Source: Malacoraja senta
Taxonomy: Eukaryota
Assembly (NCBI GenBank): GCA_038087875.1
Contig: CM075990.1
Coordinates: 6,324,001 to 6,388,000 of the forward strand
Direction of reading: 5' to 3'
DNA: 64,000 nucleotides
Below the pieces are notes generated by a model, which did not search any database, had not been told where the DNA came from, and saw only the letters and a list, made by a program, of their open reading frames with translations. The first letter of the stretch is position 1. Each line of letters begins with the position of its first letter. The position numbers and the translations under genes were made by a program. Positions 12,901-27,900 of this stretch are shown piece by piece.

Positions 12901-15900
12901 GGTTGTCTTTGATCCAGACCCGAATCTGCTTAGCTGTTGAGACCAAGGGCATTTAAGTGATAACATATCATTAATTTATTTAGTGATTAGTTACAATATA
13001 ACCCTGAGGTGAAATAAATACCTTGACTGGCGTGTACCATTTCCTCTGTTGTGGTGGTTTAAAAGACCGGGATTTGTAAGGCCGAGAATCCAACATTTCG
13101 AACTCTTGATCTGGCATTTTGATGACTGCATTTTTTGGTTTTTCTAGTTTTGCACCTTCTTCTGTCGAGCCCTTACCCCCCCAGCGCACCTGACCATAAA
13201 AAAAACAAATGTTGATGGAAGAAAGAAATAATAAAATTATAAAATCATTCAAGAGAGAAATATCCCATGAAAGAAAAATGAGAGAATGACTGTCTCCTCA
13301 AGAATTGGCATAGATAGATCAGCTTATTCCCAACTTCTTTGCTTGTGCATTGAAAAGCATGTCAGAAATGACAAATCCTTGACCATCAATCAGACCTCCT
13401 AACCCACTGCTAGACAGCACAGACACCACCAGGGACAGAGCACTGATGGGCTCCCTCGAACTTTGTCCTTTCTTATTTTCATCCACCATGGCTGTCATAT
13501 GCAAGATGAGCTCATTCATTTGAATGGGGTCTCCAACTTAATGTGAGGGTTCACCAATGGTGAGGCATCGGTATTGCCCTCAAGGACTCAGGTGAAAACC
13601 ATCATTAAGAGGCATTAATCACCAGGCCAAAGTGGTTGCACAATGAGGTGGTTAGCATGACCACTGACTGAATGCAGGAAATGACAAGGAACCTGAATAA
13701 ATCGACCGGAGGTTGTTCGGGGTCATGCAACCACAACTACCACTTTGGAGTTTATGTATACATCTTTGCAAGGGCAATCCCATCACACAGCGCCTCTTGG
13801 GTTCAAGTGCTGTGGAGATGGAGGCTACATGATATCCTCCTGCTTCTCAGTGTTCAGCTTGATCAGTTGGAGGTCTGCTTTATGGGAGCAGATTGAATCT
13901 GATCAGATGTAGTCTTACGCTACTGGGGAGCTGCTTGATATCCCCATTAAACAGGCAGATACTACCCATGAACAGACTACAAAATACACAAAGAAGAGTG
14001 AAGGTAGTAGAGTTCACAAAGCTATGATTTGGGAGTCTGTCAGCTGGACCATCTCCAAATTGAAATAATAATAAGAATTTTGAAATCTAGTTATTGAATG
14101 CCATTATATTCTGCATGTTCATGTACCAATTCCACTAATTCTGCCTAGATCCTCTGTTTCTCCGACATGCATATGTGCAGAGGTTTTTGAGTTAAAAGCA
14201 TTCACTCAAATGACGTGCAATGCACTTTTTGGGATCACTTTTATAAAATTCTTATCTGCATTCAAAGAAACCAAGGGTTATGTTAACTAGAGTTGGGACT
14301 TGCTTTGACGGGGTTTTTTCAGGGAACCGATCAGTACAAAATATGGTGGTGTGGAGTCAAACAGGTCAATGGTATTCTTAGAGTTCCTGATCTCATGTTC
14401 AGATGACATCTCTCCCAATCTTTACCAGGCCCTATCCAGTGCCATTGCATGTCACCAGCACCAGCACTGATCACAGACCGACCCCACCAGTTGATCAAAT
14501 GCAAAATCCTTCTAACCACCAATATTCCTTAAAAGGCCTGTCCCACTTTCACGACCTAATTCACGACCTTTTTTACTCGTGGACATTTTTCATCAGGCTA
14601 GAAAAATGCCTCGACCTACTTGATGCCACGAGTACCTACGATTAGCATCACAACCTACCTACGACCATGCTGCGAGTATGAGTCAAGGGCAAACTCGGCA
14701 GAGCTCGTGAATTAGGTCGTAAAAGTGGGACAGGCTCTTTAGCATTGGAGATCAGAGGGTAAGAGGTCGCAAGGTCTTTTTTCTCATTAGGATGTTTTAA
14801 TTAAATGAAAAGGCCAATAACCTTGCCCATCATCATTCCCACATTATGCTTGACTGTGTAAAAAGTACAGAATAGTATGGGAACATCTCAGGGTTTGATG
14901 TGTCCTGAGAAGGCATCACGACCCAATTTACAAGTCGCACAATAAGGCAGCAAATACATTATGGATGTACTTATAGCACAAGTAAGAAAATATTGTTATG
15001 AACTATTTGTTATCTTTCCAATGGTAATATTATGTTAATGTTTCAAACTTCTTAACAGTAAGAAGCAAGGTAAGAACCTCCATCCTTTTAATGCCACCCA
15101 CTCCTCTTCCTCCATAGTATGATGCATCAACTGTTGGCCATTTTTTCCGTGCCATTGCTTCATCATCAGAGTCCTGCAGATAACAAAAGACAGTTGCCAG
15201 ATGGTGGAAAATATCATTGGATGTTCTGCCAAACACTGAATTAATTTAAGTAAATATCAAACAGCGAGTGTTCTTCGATTTTAAATCTAAGTTGCCATTA
15301 GCCTTAGCAATAAAGTAAGTACATCCTCTTACCGAAGTAAAACAAAGAAATCCTCTGTTCTGTTTAGAACTTTATAATTCAGGAAAAAAGCTAATACTTG
15401 GCAGTTAGCATCAGCATTGATTCATGTTCTATTCACATACAAATACAGGGCAACAAATTCTGATAAATCGTGCCAAGAGTCATTATATGGGGACAAATGC
15501 TATATTATACTTCTGTCTACTGTATCTCAATGAAATCGACACTGAAACACAGACCTCCCTGTAACTGTGAGGGTTTTTGCTCTTCAGTCCAAAAGCTTTG
15601 CAATGACACACAGAGGTACACTTCAGCAGCATAGTGACAAAGATCTTTTTCAAATTCAGAGTTAAAATCTTTGACCCTTGACTTTTAATAATCCAGTTAG
15701 CACAAGAAGATGCTATTTTTTAAAATTTTACTTGAACCCTTACTGTCCCAGATTTCCTGAAACTAAGGCACGCTAGTTTGTTGTACTTTAGGGATTTAAT
15801 TATATATTACTGACCAAATTGAAGACCAACAGTAGTTATTATGACGGCAAAAAGTATATGTGCACTTGTTATGTCAAAAGTATCCTTGTGTAGTAGAGTG

Positions 15901-18900
15901 CTCAGAATGGAATGTATACATATAAATTCAGGTATCACCCGTTGTCAGTAAAAATAAAGGTTCCATAAAATATAGCATTAGAATGACTGGTGTTAAACAA
16001 ATGATCAAATAAACTAACTGGAGATTGTGTAACTTACTTCTTCATAGATTGGTGGAGGTGGTGGCTCTTTAATCACCTATTTAGAAAGAAAGACTATTTA
16101 CGAAACAAAATACCATTCTTAATGTAGTACACTTGTAAAGCAGAATGGCAATTATCTTGTTTGAAAACATTTCTGTCATGAAACATTGTATTCCTGTACA
16201 GATAAAACACACATACCTCTCAAATGGCAAGTGTTTTCAAATTATAATGTCAAATGTGCTTCATCAAAAATAATACTGAAACAGTTTTCTCATTATTTTA
16301 ACTAGACAAGACGTATGGGCATGGTAAAGCAAATCTTCTGTTCAGTTGAATCACACATAGTATTGTGCAATTTTTAGATAATTAACAGAATGGGTTTCAA
16401 CTTGTGGGTTTCACTGTCTGGATGCCCACTGCGACTGGCACAGTAATTTGTTTTACAGTGGCAGCAGTGTATTGCAATAGCCGCCAAAAGTCATTTCTAT
16501 AAGGAGGGAGAGTACAATGCCTGCCGCTATGTTATATGCGATATTATGCATTTACCTTCCAGGCTGTATTTTGGAATGGTTACTAATGAGATGTGGTGAA
16601 TTGTTTCTCTGTGGTAATTATCATCACTCTGAGGAGAACCAAAAAAGAAAGTGTATGGAAGACGCAAGATGCGGCAGTAACTCAATGGGTCAGGCCCTTC
16701 AGAAGTCTGCAAAAGGGTCCCTACCCAAAACATCAACTATGCATGTTCTCCACAAATGTTACATAACCAACTGAGTTACCGCAGCATTTTGTGTCTTCTT
16801 TTGTAAACCAGCATCTGCTGTTCCTTGTTTCTATACTAAGAAAGGACAGAGTGTGTCTGAGTATGGACCAATTTCCCTAGCTGTGCCAAGGGGAAATATC
16901 CAGCATGAGCTGACACCTATCTTTAAATGTCATTTCTAATATTAATGTGGTGAGGATTAAATATCCCATGGAGTCACTAACTGCTGCTCGAATAATATCA
17001 AAATTGATAGTCATAGAGTTATATAGCAAAGAAAAAGGTCCTTCGACCCAACTTGCCCAAACCAATCAACATGTCCCATCTACACTAGTCCGACCTGCCT
17101 GTGTTTGGCCCATATCGCTCTAAACCTGTCCTATCCATGTACATGTCTAAATATTTCTTAAACATTGCAGTAGTACCTGCCTCAACTACTTCTGCCGGCA
17201 GCTTGTTCCATACACCCACCACCCTTTCTGTGCAGGTTACCCCTCAGGTTCCTATTAAATCGTTCTCCCCTCACCTTAAACCTATGTCCTCTGGTTCTCG
17301 ATTCCCCCACTCTGGACAAGAGACTGTGCATCTACCCGATATATTCCTCTCATGATTTTGTACACCTCTATAAGATCATTCCTCATCCTCCAGTGCTCCA
17401 AGGAATAGTCCTAGCCTGCACAATCTCTCCCTATAGCTCAGGCCCTCAAGCCCTTGTAAATCTTCTCTGCACCCTTTCCAGCTTGACAACATCTTTCCTA
17501 TAACATGGTGCCCAGAACTGAACACAATATTCTAAATGTTGCCTCACCAACATCTTACATAACTGCAACTTGACCTCCCAACTTCTATACTCAATACTTT
17601 GGCTGATGAAGGCCAATGTGGCAAAAACCTTATTGACCACCCTATCTACCTGTGATGCCACTTTCAACAAACTATATACCTGCACTCCTAGACCCCTCTG
17701 CTCTACAACACTCCCCAGAGCCCTACCATTCACTGTGTAGATCTTGGCCATGTTAGTCTTACCAAAATGCAACACCTCACATTCCTTCAACCTCTCCTCA
17801 GCCTAACTGCCCAGCTCATCAAGACCCTGGTGCAATTTTTAACAACCATCTTCACTATCTACAATACTACCCACTTTTGTGTCATCTGCAAACGTGCTAA
17901 TCATGCCATGTACATTCTCATCCAAATCATTAATATAGATGATAAACAGCATTGGGCCCAGCACCGAACCCTGAAGCACACCACTAGTCACAGGCATCTA
18001 GTGCAAAAAGCAACCTGCCACCATCACTCTCTGCTTCCTTCCATGAAGCCAATTTTCTATCCATTGAGGTATCTCTCCTTGGATCCCATGGGATCTAACC
18101 TTCCAGAGCAGCCTACCATGCAGAACCTTGTCGAATGCCTTGTCAATGTAATATTTATGGAAGAAACATAATATTAAAAAATCAAAACGTCATTATGGGA
18201 TAAATTTCCAATTTTCAGAATAATCTGCAATCATTGTGAAATGTCATTAAGAGTACTACTTAAGGATTTAAGAACTGATTGGGAGCTTACCACAGTGCAG
18301 CATAATGGCCAAAACCACCACAGCAGGATCAATGCCAACAGAAGGAACAAAACTAATAGTGCAATTAGAAGAATTGTTCCATCATACTGAAAATGAAAAT
18401 AAAGGATTGTTTTTACTTGCGATGTAATGAAGTTAACATACTATTAATTACAATGTAACAAAACTAATACAACGTGGTCAAATTATTTACAGGACTTAGA
18501 GATGATTGGTGTTCAGAATAAATGGTGAAAATATAGCAATAGGGAATTGCTCCATGTGGCCAGGAAGAGACAAAGAAACTTACTCTATAAAAGGAAGATA
18601 ATGAGAGAAAATAGTTGAAGATGCCTCAGAGAAGTGCAAATTGTTTTGTAAGGTGAGCAAGGATGTCTTCGAGCTAAAAAGATTAAAGAAAACAAATGCA
18701 GAAATAAGATTGAGAAAAATACCTCACTTTAAACAAATGACAGAAGAGATAAGTAATATAGATTTAAACAAAGAGCACAGTTCCTGAGATGCTAGAAACC
18801 TGAAATTTAGGAAAAAACAGAAAAACAAAAACTAGAAAATGCCAGCAATATTTCACAGATCAGTCAGTATCTGCACTGACTACAATAGTTAACTTTTCAG

Positions 18901-21900
18901 GCCAATTGCCCTTAATTAGATCTGAAATGTTAATTGTTTTTTATCTCAACAGATGCTTGTGTACCTGCTAAGTATCCCTTACATTTTCTGTTTTTTATTA
19001 AAATTAGTTTAATTTTGGGCAGTAAAAGAAAGCAGAGGGACATCACCAATTATATTTCATTGTGACTCATTAGTTTTTCTTTATTCTACCATAATCAATA
19101 TTCATTTACCTTCTGTTAATATTTTTATGGGGAATGCAAGAGCTATCAACAATGATCTTATTAGAAGAATAAATTATAACATCAGCATTGCTATGAAATA
19201 ATTATTCATACCATTTATTTGACGCAATTTTAATTAATTTTAAATCTGTCACAAACTACAATTCATCAAAAATGGCTTGGACACATTCTTGGACACCCTG
19301 AAAATGCCAAGATCTTATGGATTCCATGCATCCCAGAAATAATTTTCAAATCTTACCCCTTTCAAATTATTACATTGTGCATTATAACAATTTCTAACTA
19401 TACTCTTCACATTTATGTCCCAGTAATCTGCCTTTGGTCATTTAGCAGGTCAGGTTTGTTAGTAGATTAGCTACCTGAAATTGGAGAATTCAATGTTAAT
19501 ACCATTAAGGGCCTGTCCCACGAGCATGCGACTGCATGCGGCAAGCGCGATCTAACGTGGTCGCTTGAGCCGTACGGCCTCGCGGGGCCGGTCCCACTTC
19601 GATCGCCAGAGCCGTATGGAGTTGTGCGGAGCTGGTCCCAACATCAGGCGGGGCTCCGAAAAACTGACACTGTTCAAAATTTCCGCGCGGCAACGGCCTG
19701 CCAGCCCGCAACCGCCTCGACACCGTAAGCACCGCCTCGACGGGCGTGCGCAGCGTCTGGACGCCATACGCAGCATCTTGACGCCGTACATCACGCGCGA
19801 ACTTCCTGCGGACATCGCTCGAACTTCACGTCACTCACTCGACCTCCGCGCGGCCCCCGCTTCCGGTTTGGTTGCGCTCGCTGCATGCAGTCGCATGCTG
19901 GTGGGACCGGCCCTGTACGGGGATCACTCGACCTCTGCGCGGTCCCCGCTTCCGGTTTGGTCGTGCTTGCCGCATGCAGTCGCATGCTCGTGGGACAGGC
20001 CCTTTAGGTTGTAAGGTACTCAAGGGAAATATGTGGCGCCGTTCCTCCAGTTTGCTTGTGGCTTCACTCTGGCAATGGCAGGGGCCCATGATAGTAGTCA
20101 GTGTGAGAGTGAGAAGGGGAGTTAAAATGATTAGCAACCGAGAGATCTAGCAGTCCTTGATGGACTGAGTTTGGCAAAATGGTTGCATAGTCAATTCTTT
20201 ATATTGCTGATGTAAAGAAGGCCACATCAGGAACATCCAATTCACACTCACTAAGAGTGTCATGGGGTCAGAGTGATACAGTGTGGAAATAATTTTATTT
20301 TCACTTACACAACCTAATGCGTACTTACACAATGTGTACTGGTGATGCTGACAGAACTCGAGATGAATGTTAATCCCTGGTTCATGCTCACTTGCAGGTA
20401 AACCACCCTAAAAGAAAGACGTCAATAATGATTTCAATCTTTCAATTCAACAGGTATAAATTCAATTCAATTTGTACTGAACATTGTTCTATCAAATGCA
20501 GCATATAAACAGTGCAGTGAAGTGGAAGTTTTGCAATGGAATTTCTATAACATTACATCTGGTGGGAATGACGTTCTGTGTATCGAGATTTTCCATGTTC
20601 TTCAAAACCTCGGAGGTTTCTGCCTTGTGCCCCAGTTTCTTTCCACAACCCAAAAGATCTGCCAGCAGGTTAATTGCCATTGTAAGTTATCCCTTAGTTT
20701 AGGCAGGTGACAAAAAGAATCATAAAATAATTGATGGGCATATGAATAAGAATGAGCTGCAGGGAAATGTAAAACAAGGGTATGGGACTGTTGAGGATTG
20801 CTTTGTTAAGAGCCAGTATGGGCCTAATGGGCTGAATGTGTTAAGTTGTTATAGTAAGTAAGAAACTATTTTCAGCATGCTGACTGGGCAGCTCTGGGTG
20901 GTATGAAAACAATGCCTTTCCACTGCTGCAGTCTCTCATTCAGGCAATACAACAGATGAGGAGGTCGCATATTCTATTTTAAGGACCTCAAGACTATTAT
21001 TTGAAATTCTTTAACTGTAAACATACAAGTTTCTCCATTACTACAGAAAACAATAACATTTATTCCCATTACTAGAGATGCAGTAAAGGAAACATTAAAA
21101 TGATTTGGGTTAATATCCAGTCTCAACAAACACACCCACAGGAAACCGCAATTCCACTCTGTCCAGAATTTCCAGTTAAGCGCTAATTTAGATATCTGGT
21201 TATGCAGAGACTGTGCATAAAGCTGAGTTCACCTCGTTTTTTACTGTCTTCACTGTGATATTTTGTTTCTTGTAAGCAATTTTTTCATAATTCAATTTTG
21301 GATTAATACTGCATCTGGTTTTGATCACTTGAACATGTTCATGAATGAATTTTAGAGCTTTAGCAGAGTACATTGGCCAAAACGTTAACTACTGTTTAAG
21401 AATGAATCTGAAACATTAACATCAACATTTATCCTAAAGAGTCTCTGCCACTAAACCTGCAGCATTATTCTTTTCTCACAACCTTGCATTCAATTTTTTT
21501 CAATTTATTTTATGCTCTTCCATTTAAGGCCACTGTGAAGCTCACCTCATGTTACCTGTGCTAAACGTATTTCTCCAGCAAATTTCCATATAAAAGCACT
21601 TCTCCTAACTTATTTTATAATCCACTTGATGACATTTTAAAAGTGCTGCTCTTTCATTACTGATTCCTAAGGGAATGTTTTTTGGCCATTCATCCTATTA
21701 ACATCCTGCTAAAATCTTTCATAATTATCTTTATATGTAATATTCTTTAGTCTGGTAGAAGTAACTACAATTTTAACTCTCATTATTTCTTGCCCTACTT
21801 TACAGTTTCAATGCCTTTTCAATAATGACTCAGAAACTCACTTTATATTTTAAATGTAGCCTTGCTGGTTTACTTAATCATTAAGCAATCTAAATATTAC

Positions 21901-24900
21901 ATCACCTATCTGCATTCACAGTTTATGGACTTCTATGTTTTCTTGTATTTATCATCTGATGGGAGTTTGTTCTTACATTCCTGGCTTTATTTAGTAGTAT
22001 TTAATTTATTGCATCTGCCTGTCTATTCTAACATTTCAAAATATTGGAGATTATTTTTATAATTGTCTTCTTTGTTGTTTGTCAACCATCTTTTTTTTAG
22101 GTATATTTCAAAATATCTTCCTTTTCATTTCCAAATCATCAATATATCTCTCAAATTAACAGTAACTATTGTATGCCTGATAACTCAATTCATCATAACC
22201 TTATTTCTTGTTATCAGTTTTCCATTAATACAGCACATTTTGTCAAATTATGTAACTGAAATACAACCTTATTCTTTCTGAAATTTGTAAAAAATAAAGT
22301 AAATATTTATTAACAAAGTAGAATTTAACGCTGGCCGGAGTGGAAAATGAATGATTGTCACAGTCACATGTCATGTGTTCTACTCAGTCTTGAGAAAGAT
22401 TATTGTGTGAATGACCTATCCTGTATACTCAATACCATTCTCAAACCTGTTATCCTCCAGGCATATAATCCTTCTTTAGCTCATCCCTCCTTAATTATTG
22501 TTTTATATTTTTATATGCTTCTATAATCTTTGCCATTTTCCTCCTCAGAAGGGACAGCCACCCAATATCTAACAGTTGCAGTGGAAGATCAAACTGCTAC
22601 AGTATAAATGTTGATTGCTCTTATTGCTACTGTAGGCACTAATGTGTAAATAACTGTTATTAACCCAATGGGTTTAATGGTCTCTTGAGTTATTTTCAAT
22701 CAATAGTGATGAGCATAATCAATGATTGTATATGATTAGTCTGACCAGGATTGCTGAACAGGAATCATTGTATTATTCTTATAACTCGGAATTTGTACTA
22801 GTAAGAATTACATTTAATTGAAAGCATTTCACATGATACAAAAATCATAGTGCATTACTCACATTCCAACTTCATCTATCACCGGAGCAGGGCAGAGTAA
22901 ATAATTATCCTCCACAACAAGAGGTTTCTCAGCTAAAAATGATAAATATTTGTTAGTGCTGCATGTTATTAATTATGAATATGTCAAAAAACAATCAAAA
23001 TGTACTCAGAATCATATAGTATGTTCTGGTGTAAATTTTTATTCAATGTGAATAATCTTGGGATATTTTACTGAGTTAAAGGCAGGAGTTACTATTGCCC
23101 CATCAATAAAATATTTTGGGTGGTGCACAAAGAAAAATCAAGTTATCTTCATTCCATTCATTAGTTTATGAATGTTGGTGTCAGAGGTGTTGCTAATACT
23201 ATTACTGGTTTTAGGGCTAATTTACTAGAGGCCATTTCTGTTCTGGTCATGGTGCTGCATGTGCACATGACACTAGCTGAGTGCCCTTTCACCTCAGAAA
23301 AAAATCCTTGCCATTGTACTTCAAACCCAAAATACCACTTATCATCCCAATTACTTGTTATATTTTTGTGTTCACTTCTTCTATTTCATAAACCCACATA
23401 GTTCCTCAGTTACCACAACATTTCTCACCTTCTTATTAATTAAAATGGATTTATTGTTTCTAATTTTAAGGTGCATAAAATACCCCCTCCCCCCTCCCTT
23501 AAATGTATTTGTCTCCCCCATGAATCTTTTTAATATGGTATAGTTTGAAACTGCTACTTGGGCAGCACCTCCCAAACCTCTAACCTACACAACCAAGAAG
23601 GACGAAGGCAGTAGACAGATGGCAACGCCATCACCCGAGGGTTCCCAATTTGCTCCTCAAGCTGAGCTGGAAATTTACCACAGCTGGGTCCAACTCATCA
23701 CTCAACACCTTTTGAGCTGCTTTTATTGTGAGAAGTTCAGCATCTCAAAATGGTGGTTCACCACAATCTTCAAAAAGGGGAATTATGAATGGGCAATAAT
23801 AGCTGCCCATGTCAACCACATACAGATCCTGAAAAATGAATAAAACTCTATTTGGAAATGCAGAATGAAAGTGAGATTCTCGTGGTGAGGAAGTTGAGAA
23901 TCTATGTAACCTTAATCTTCACAGAAAAGGCAGTCCAGTCACAAGACTGTGATTGAAGTCCTCCTGAAGAATGTCATATCTCAGTGATGACAGCATTGGA
24001 AAAAACAGGGGCACTGAATATATTCCTCATCAAAGAGGGCCAGTTGGGATGTGGTGCCTCTGAGGATTCTGCGGCTGGAGGCTCTTCACTGATGAGCATG
24101 TCTTTGCCTCAGTCCACTTGCCCACACTAGGTGGTCAGTTATGGCCATGGCAATGGTAATCCACCTCAGCAGTGAAAAGAAAAAGCACTTCCCATTCATT
24201 GCAATGCACTCAGTTTGAAATTATTCTTTGATTAATCAGTGGCAGTTGGGTTGGCAATCAAAGGATGCAGGTTTAAGGTAATTGACAAAATATGTATAGA
24301 AGATGCGAGGTGATATTTGTCCTGCAATCTTGTAGTAATCTATATTGCATTTACTAAAATGATAGTGTAAGCAGATTCAAAAATAATTTTCAAATGAGAA
24401 TTAGATGAATACTTTAGTGAAAAAATGTACACACTCACTATGGGAGCACTTCTGGGGAAATGGACAACATATTAAGTCGACACTGATTAAAGTACCATTG
24501 ACCATTGATGTGAGAGGATGAATGCCCTTTTCCTGTGCCCTTTTTTCCACTGATAAGACCCTTTTTCTTCTTTTACAACTTCAAACAATATAACATTTCA
24601 GTAATTTGTTATTCTTGCTTATAGACCCCAAACCCAAACTACCGGCAAACATGCTTAAGTTTCAAATACAGATTCAAATGTTATAGCTGCAGAAATCTGA
24701 GCTTTGATGTTGAATCATCTACAAATAGTAATATAAAATCCGATAAAATTACAAAAATGTGAAAAATAAATTGTCAAAAATGAGCATTGTCTGACTGCTT
24801 TAATTTTCCTTGTCCATTCATGTTCTGCTCACTGAAAAGCAAGGAAAGGTTCATCCAACCAGTATTTCCATTTGTTACGTGAATGCAACTCTTCAGCTGA

Positions 24901-27900
24901 CTTGCCAGAAGGTAAGCTTGAGTAGTTGAAAGGAAGTCCCTTGAGAAATTTTCCTCCTACCCTCAAATGACCTTGCCAAGACTAGCAAACTTAGCTTCTG
25001 GAGGATGCCTTCGTGGAAAAGTAGGACAAAGCTGGGCTTCGAATGGAGGCTCTCAAACGGAGTGAATCAATATCTTGATGATATAGTCCGAGATCATTCT
25101 GTGATCAAATCAATAATCTTCAGAATGACATGGAGGTTACTGAATTCGAGAATGAAAGTAGAAAAATAATAATTGTCCATTATGGCAGATATTGAAAAAA
25201 CTGTTTAGTTATGCTTAAAATTGGAACAATCCTTAGTAAACTGGAATTTTAAAATATATTTTTAAAACATTAATGCATCCTAAATGTCCATTTATAAATT
25301 GCACGGTTGTGGCAGGGGAAATTTTTATTTTACGTAAATGTAAAAGCAATCATGATTATTAATTTTAATGTTATATTAGATCTATATGTTTAATTATGTT
25401 TGGTTATCCAATTATAAATTAGGTATTAAGAAATATATCTTTGTGAAATCGGAAATGTCAATTGCTACTTACTGCCCTACAAAACATATTTGCCATCCTG
25501 CCTGAATAGATTAAAGCAAGATGACTTGATCCTAATTTTAGCAATAATCATGTGTGAATCATCAGACTATATACAGTAGAGTTATTGTTTAAGAAATCTC
25601 AAGACTGAAAATGGTAGGTTATAAATTTAGAACTGTACTCACTTATCACCTCTGTGTCATTTATCTTGAAGCTGCAAAGAACTTGATCAACACTCCGTGC
25701 ATGGGAAAATCCATTGCCTCTTACCACAACCTGATACGATTCTGTGACGATAGCAAAATAACATGAATATTACAACTGTCTATCAACACTGAAACAAAAA
25801 TTAATTAAATATTTAAAATGCAGATCTTTGTATTGAGACTTGTTTGAGAATTGCATTACATGTGAAGATTCATTGGCGTCATAAATAAAACACAAACCCA
25901 AGCTTGAACACACCATGTACTAATGGATTCTTAAAATTTGGACGACCATAGCTATTCATCATTGTAGATCGAATTTAGTTAAATATGTCTGGAAAAGGGA
26001 ATTACATGAGAAAGTAAAATAAAGTTTGGGAGTTCTGCAGCATTTTTCTTGATTTAGGTGATTCCAAATACCTTATATCCAATTAAGTTCTTTAATGAGT
26101 AATCACATTGTAACAAAGACAATTCCAAAATTGTAGTTAGATTCTACAAATCCCACGTGCAAGATCAAATTATCTTTTTGATAATATAAAGCATTATTGC
26201 CCAAGACAGGGACCAACTCCCTACTTCTTCAAACTAGTGCCAAGAGACCATTAGGTGTTATGGGGTGTTATAGGGAGATTCATTTAATATTTTCTCTAAA
26301 ATACTGCACCTCAAATAATGCAGGACTCCATCAGTATCCCACCAGAGTGATATAATAATTTGACTCAAAGGTAAGAGTCAATTGCTGGTTGAGATGATTT
26401 AAACTAGGTCTGGTATCTCTTTTCCCTTGAACAAAAGCAGTATATAGATGTAATAAATCCTATCAATAAAATACATTCGATTAGTCACAACACCATGTTT
26501 AAAGAAGCCAAACTAGAGTTGTAAAAGCCTGAGTATGGTCTGTCACTTCAGTTTATTATTTATATGGATCATGTTGTCTATCAAAAAAAGACACAAAGCA
26601 TATTGTGTAGCCTACTTCATACAGTGATTCAACATGTCAATACGTCGAAAGAAGTTTTAGCTATCTTCTCTTTAAAAAGCAAAGAGACCTTAAGTGGATG
26701 TGGGCCTTTACTGACTGGGGCAGGAGAATAAGGATACGAAAAAGCAAGTAAACAAATACTGAAGATAGACACAAATGCTGGAGTCACTCAGCGGGACAGG
26801 CAGCATCTCTGGAGAGAAGGAATGGGTGACTTTTCGGGTCAAAACCTTACTTCACTTCCGAACAATATTTCAGTATTTGCAAACAAATACTGTGTGCCTG
26901 TCTTCCTGGAAAAGGACACCAAAAACGTCCCAATATGTGATGGGAACTATAGGTGAGAATAAAGAATATAATATAAATTAATATTGGGAAGAAAAAAAGT
27001 AATGGAGAAATTTCATGGAATTTAAAGATAATAAATCCCCAGAACTGATGACTAAAGATTCCTAAGATTTCAGATGAGGGGGTTATTGAAAAGGTGGATG
27101 TTCCGTTTGTCAAGTTCCAAAATCCTGCAAATTTCAGAATTTTTAACAGATTGGAAGGTGACAAATGTAATCTTACAATCTAAAAAAGATTACTTGGAGA
27201 AAATAGGAACTTTAGACCATCTAACCTAAAACAAGTGGTAGGGAAAATATAGGGTGAATCAGGTTCATAAGTCTGAAGAAGGGTCTCGACCCAAAACGTC
27301 ACCCATTCCTTGTCTCCAGAGATGCTGCCTGTCCCGCAGAGTTACTCCAGCATTTAGTGCCTATCTTTTGGAAAATATAGGGATCAGATATTAAGGATGA
27401 AGTAACAAGGGACTTGGAAAATAACAACATAATTGGATAGAGCTTAAAAGGATTTGTGAAAGGGATCACTCATTATGATCACTCATTCCTATCCTAGGAA
27501 AATAAGTCCAAATGATCCAGATGATGTGGTGATCATCAGCAAAATTTTAATATGATGCCATACAAGAAATTATTTTAAAAAATCACGTGCAGGGTGTTGA
27601 GGCAATATACTGCTCTTGATCGATGGCCGGTTAACAGACAGAAAACAGAGAGTGGGAATAAACAGATGAGTTTTGTATTGGGTGGTTATGACCAGTGGGG
27701 TCTGTGTTGGGTCCCTAATTGTTCATAATCAACATCATTGGTTTGGATGATAGATTTCTAGATATTAAAAGAAACAGAGGATGAGGGGTCAGCACAGGAA
27801 ACTGACGCAGTTAAAAGATTAGACGTGGTCATATTGAATTGTGCGTCAGACACAAAGGTCAAATGATCTCATCTTTCTTCCATTCCCCATGTACTTATTT

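Noticed and set aside
19505-20150. Cluster of ORFs in a GC-rich block
   Set aside because: They lie inside the Harbinger MITE and the PLE remnant; not host genes.
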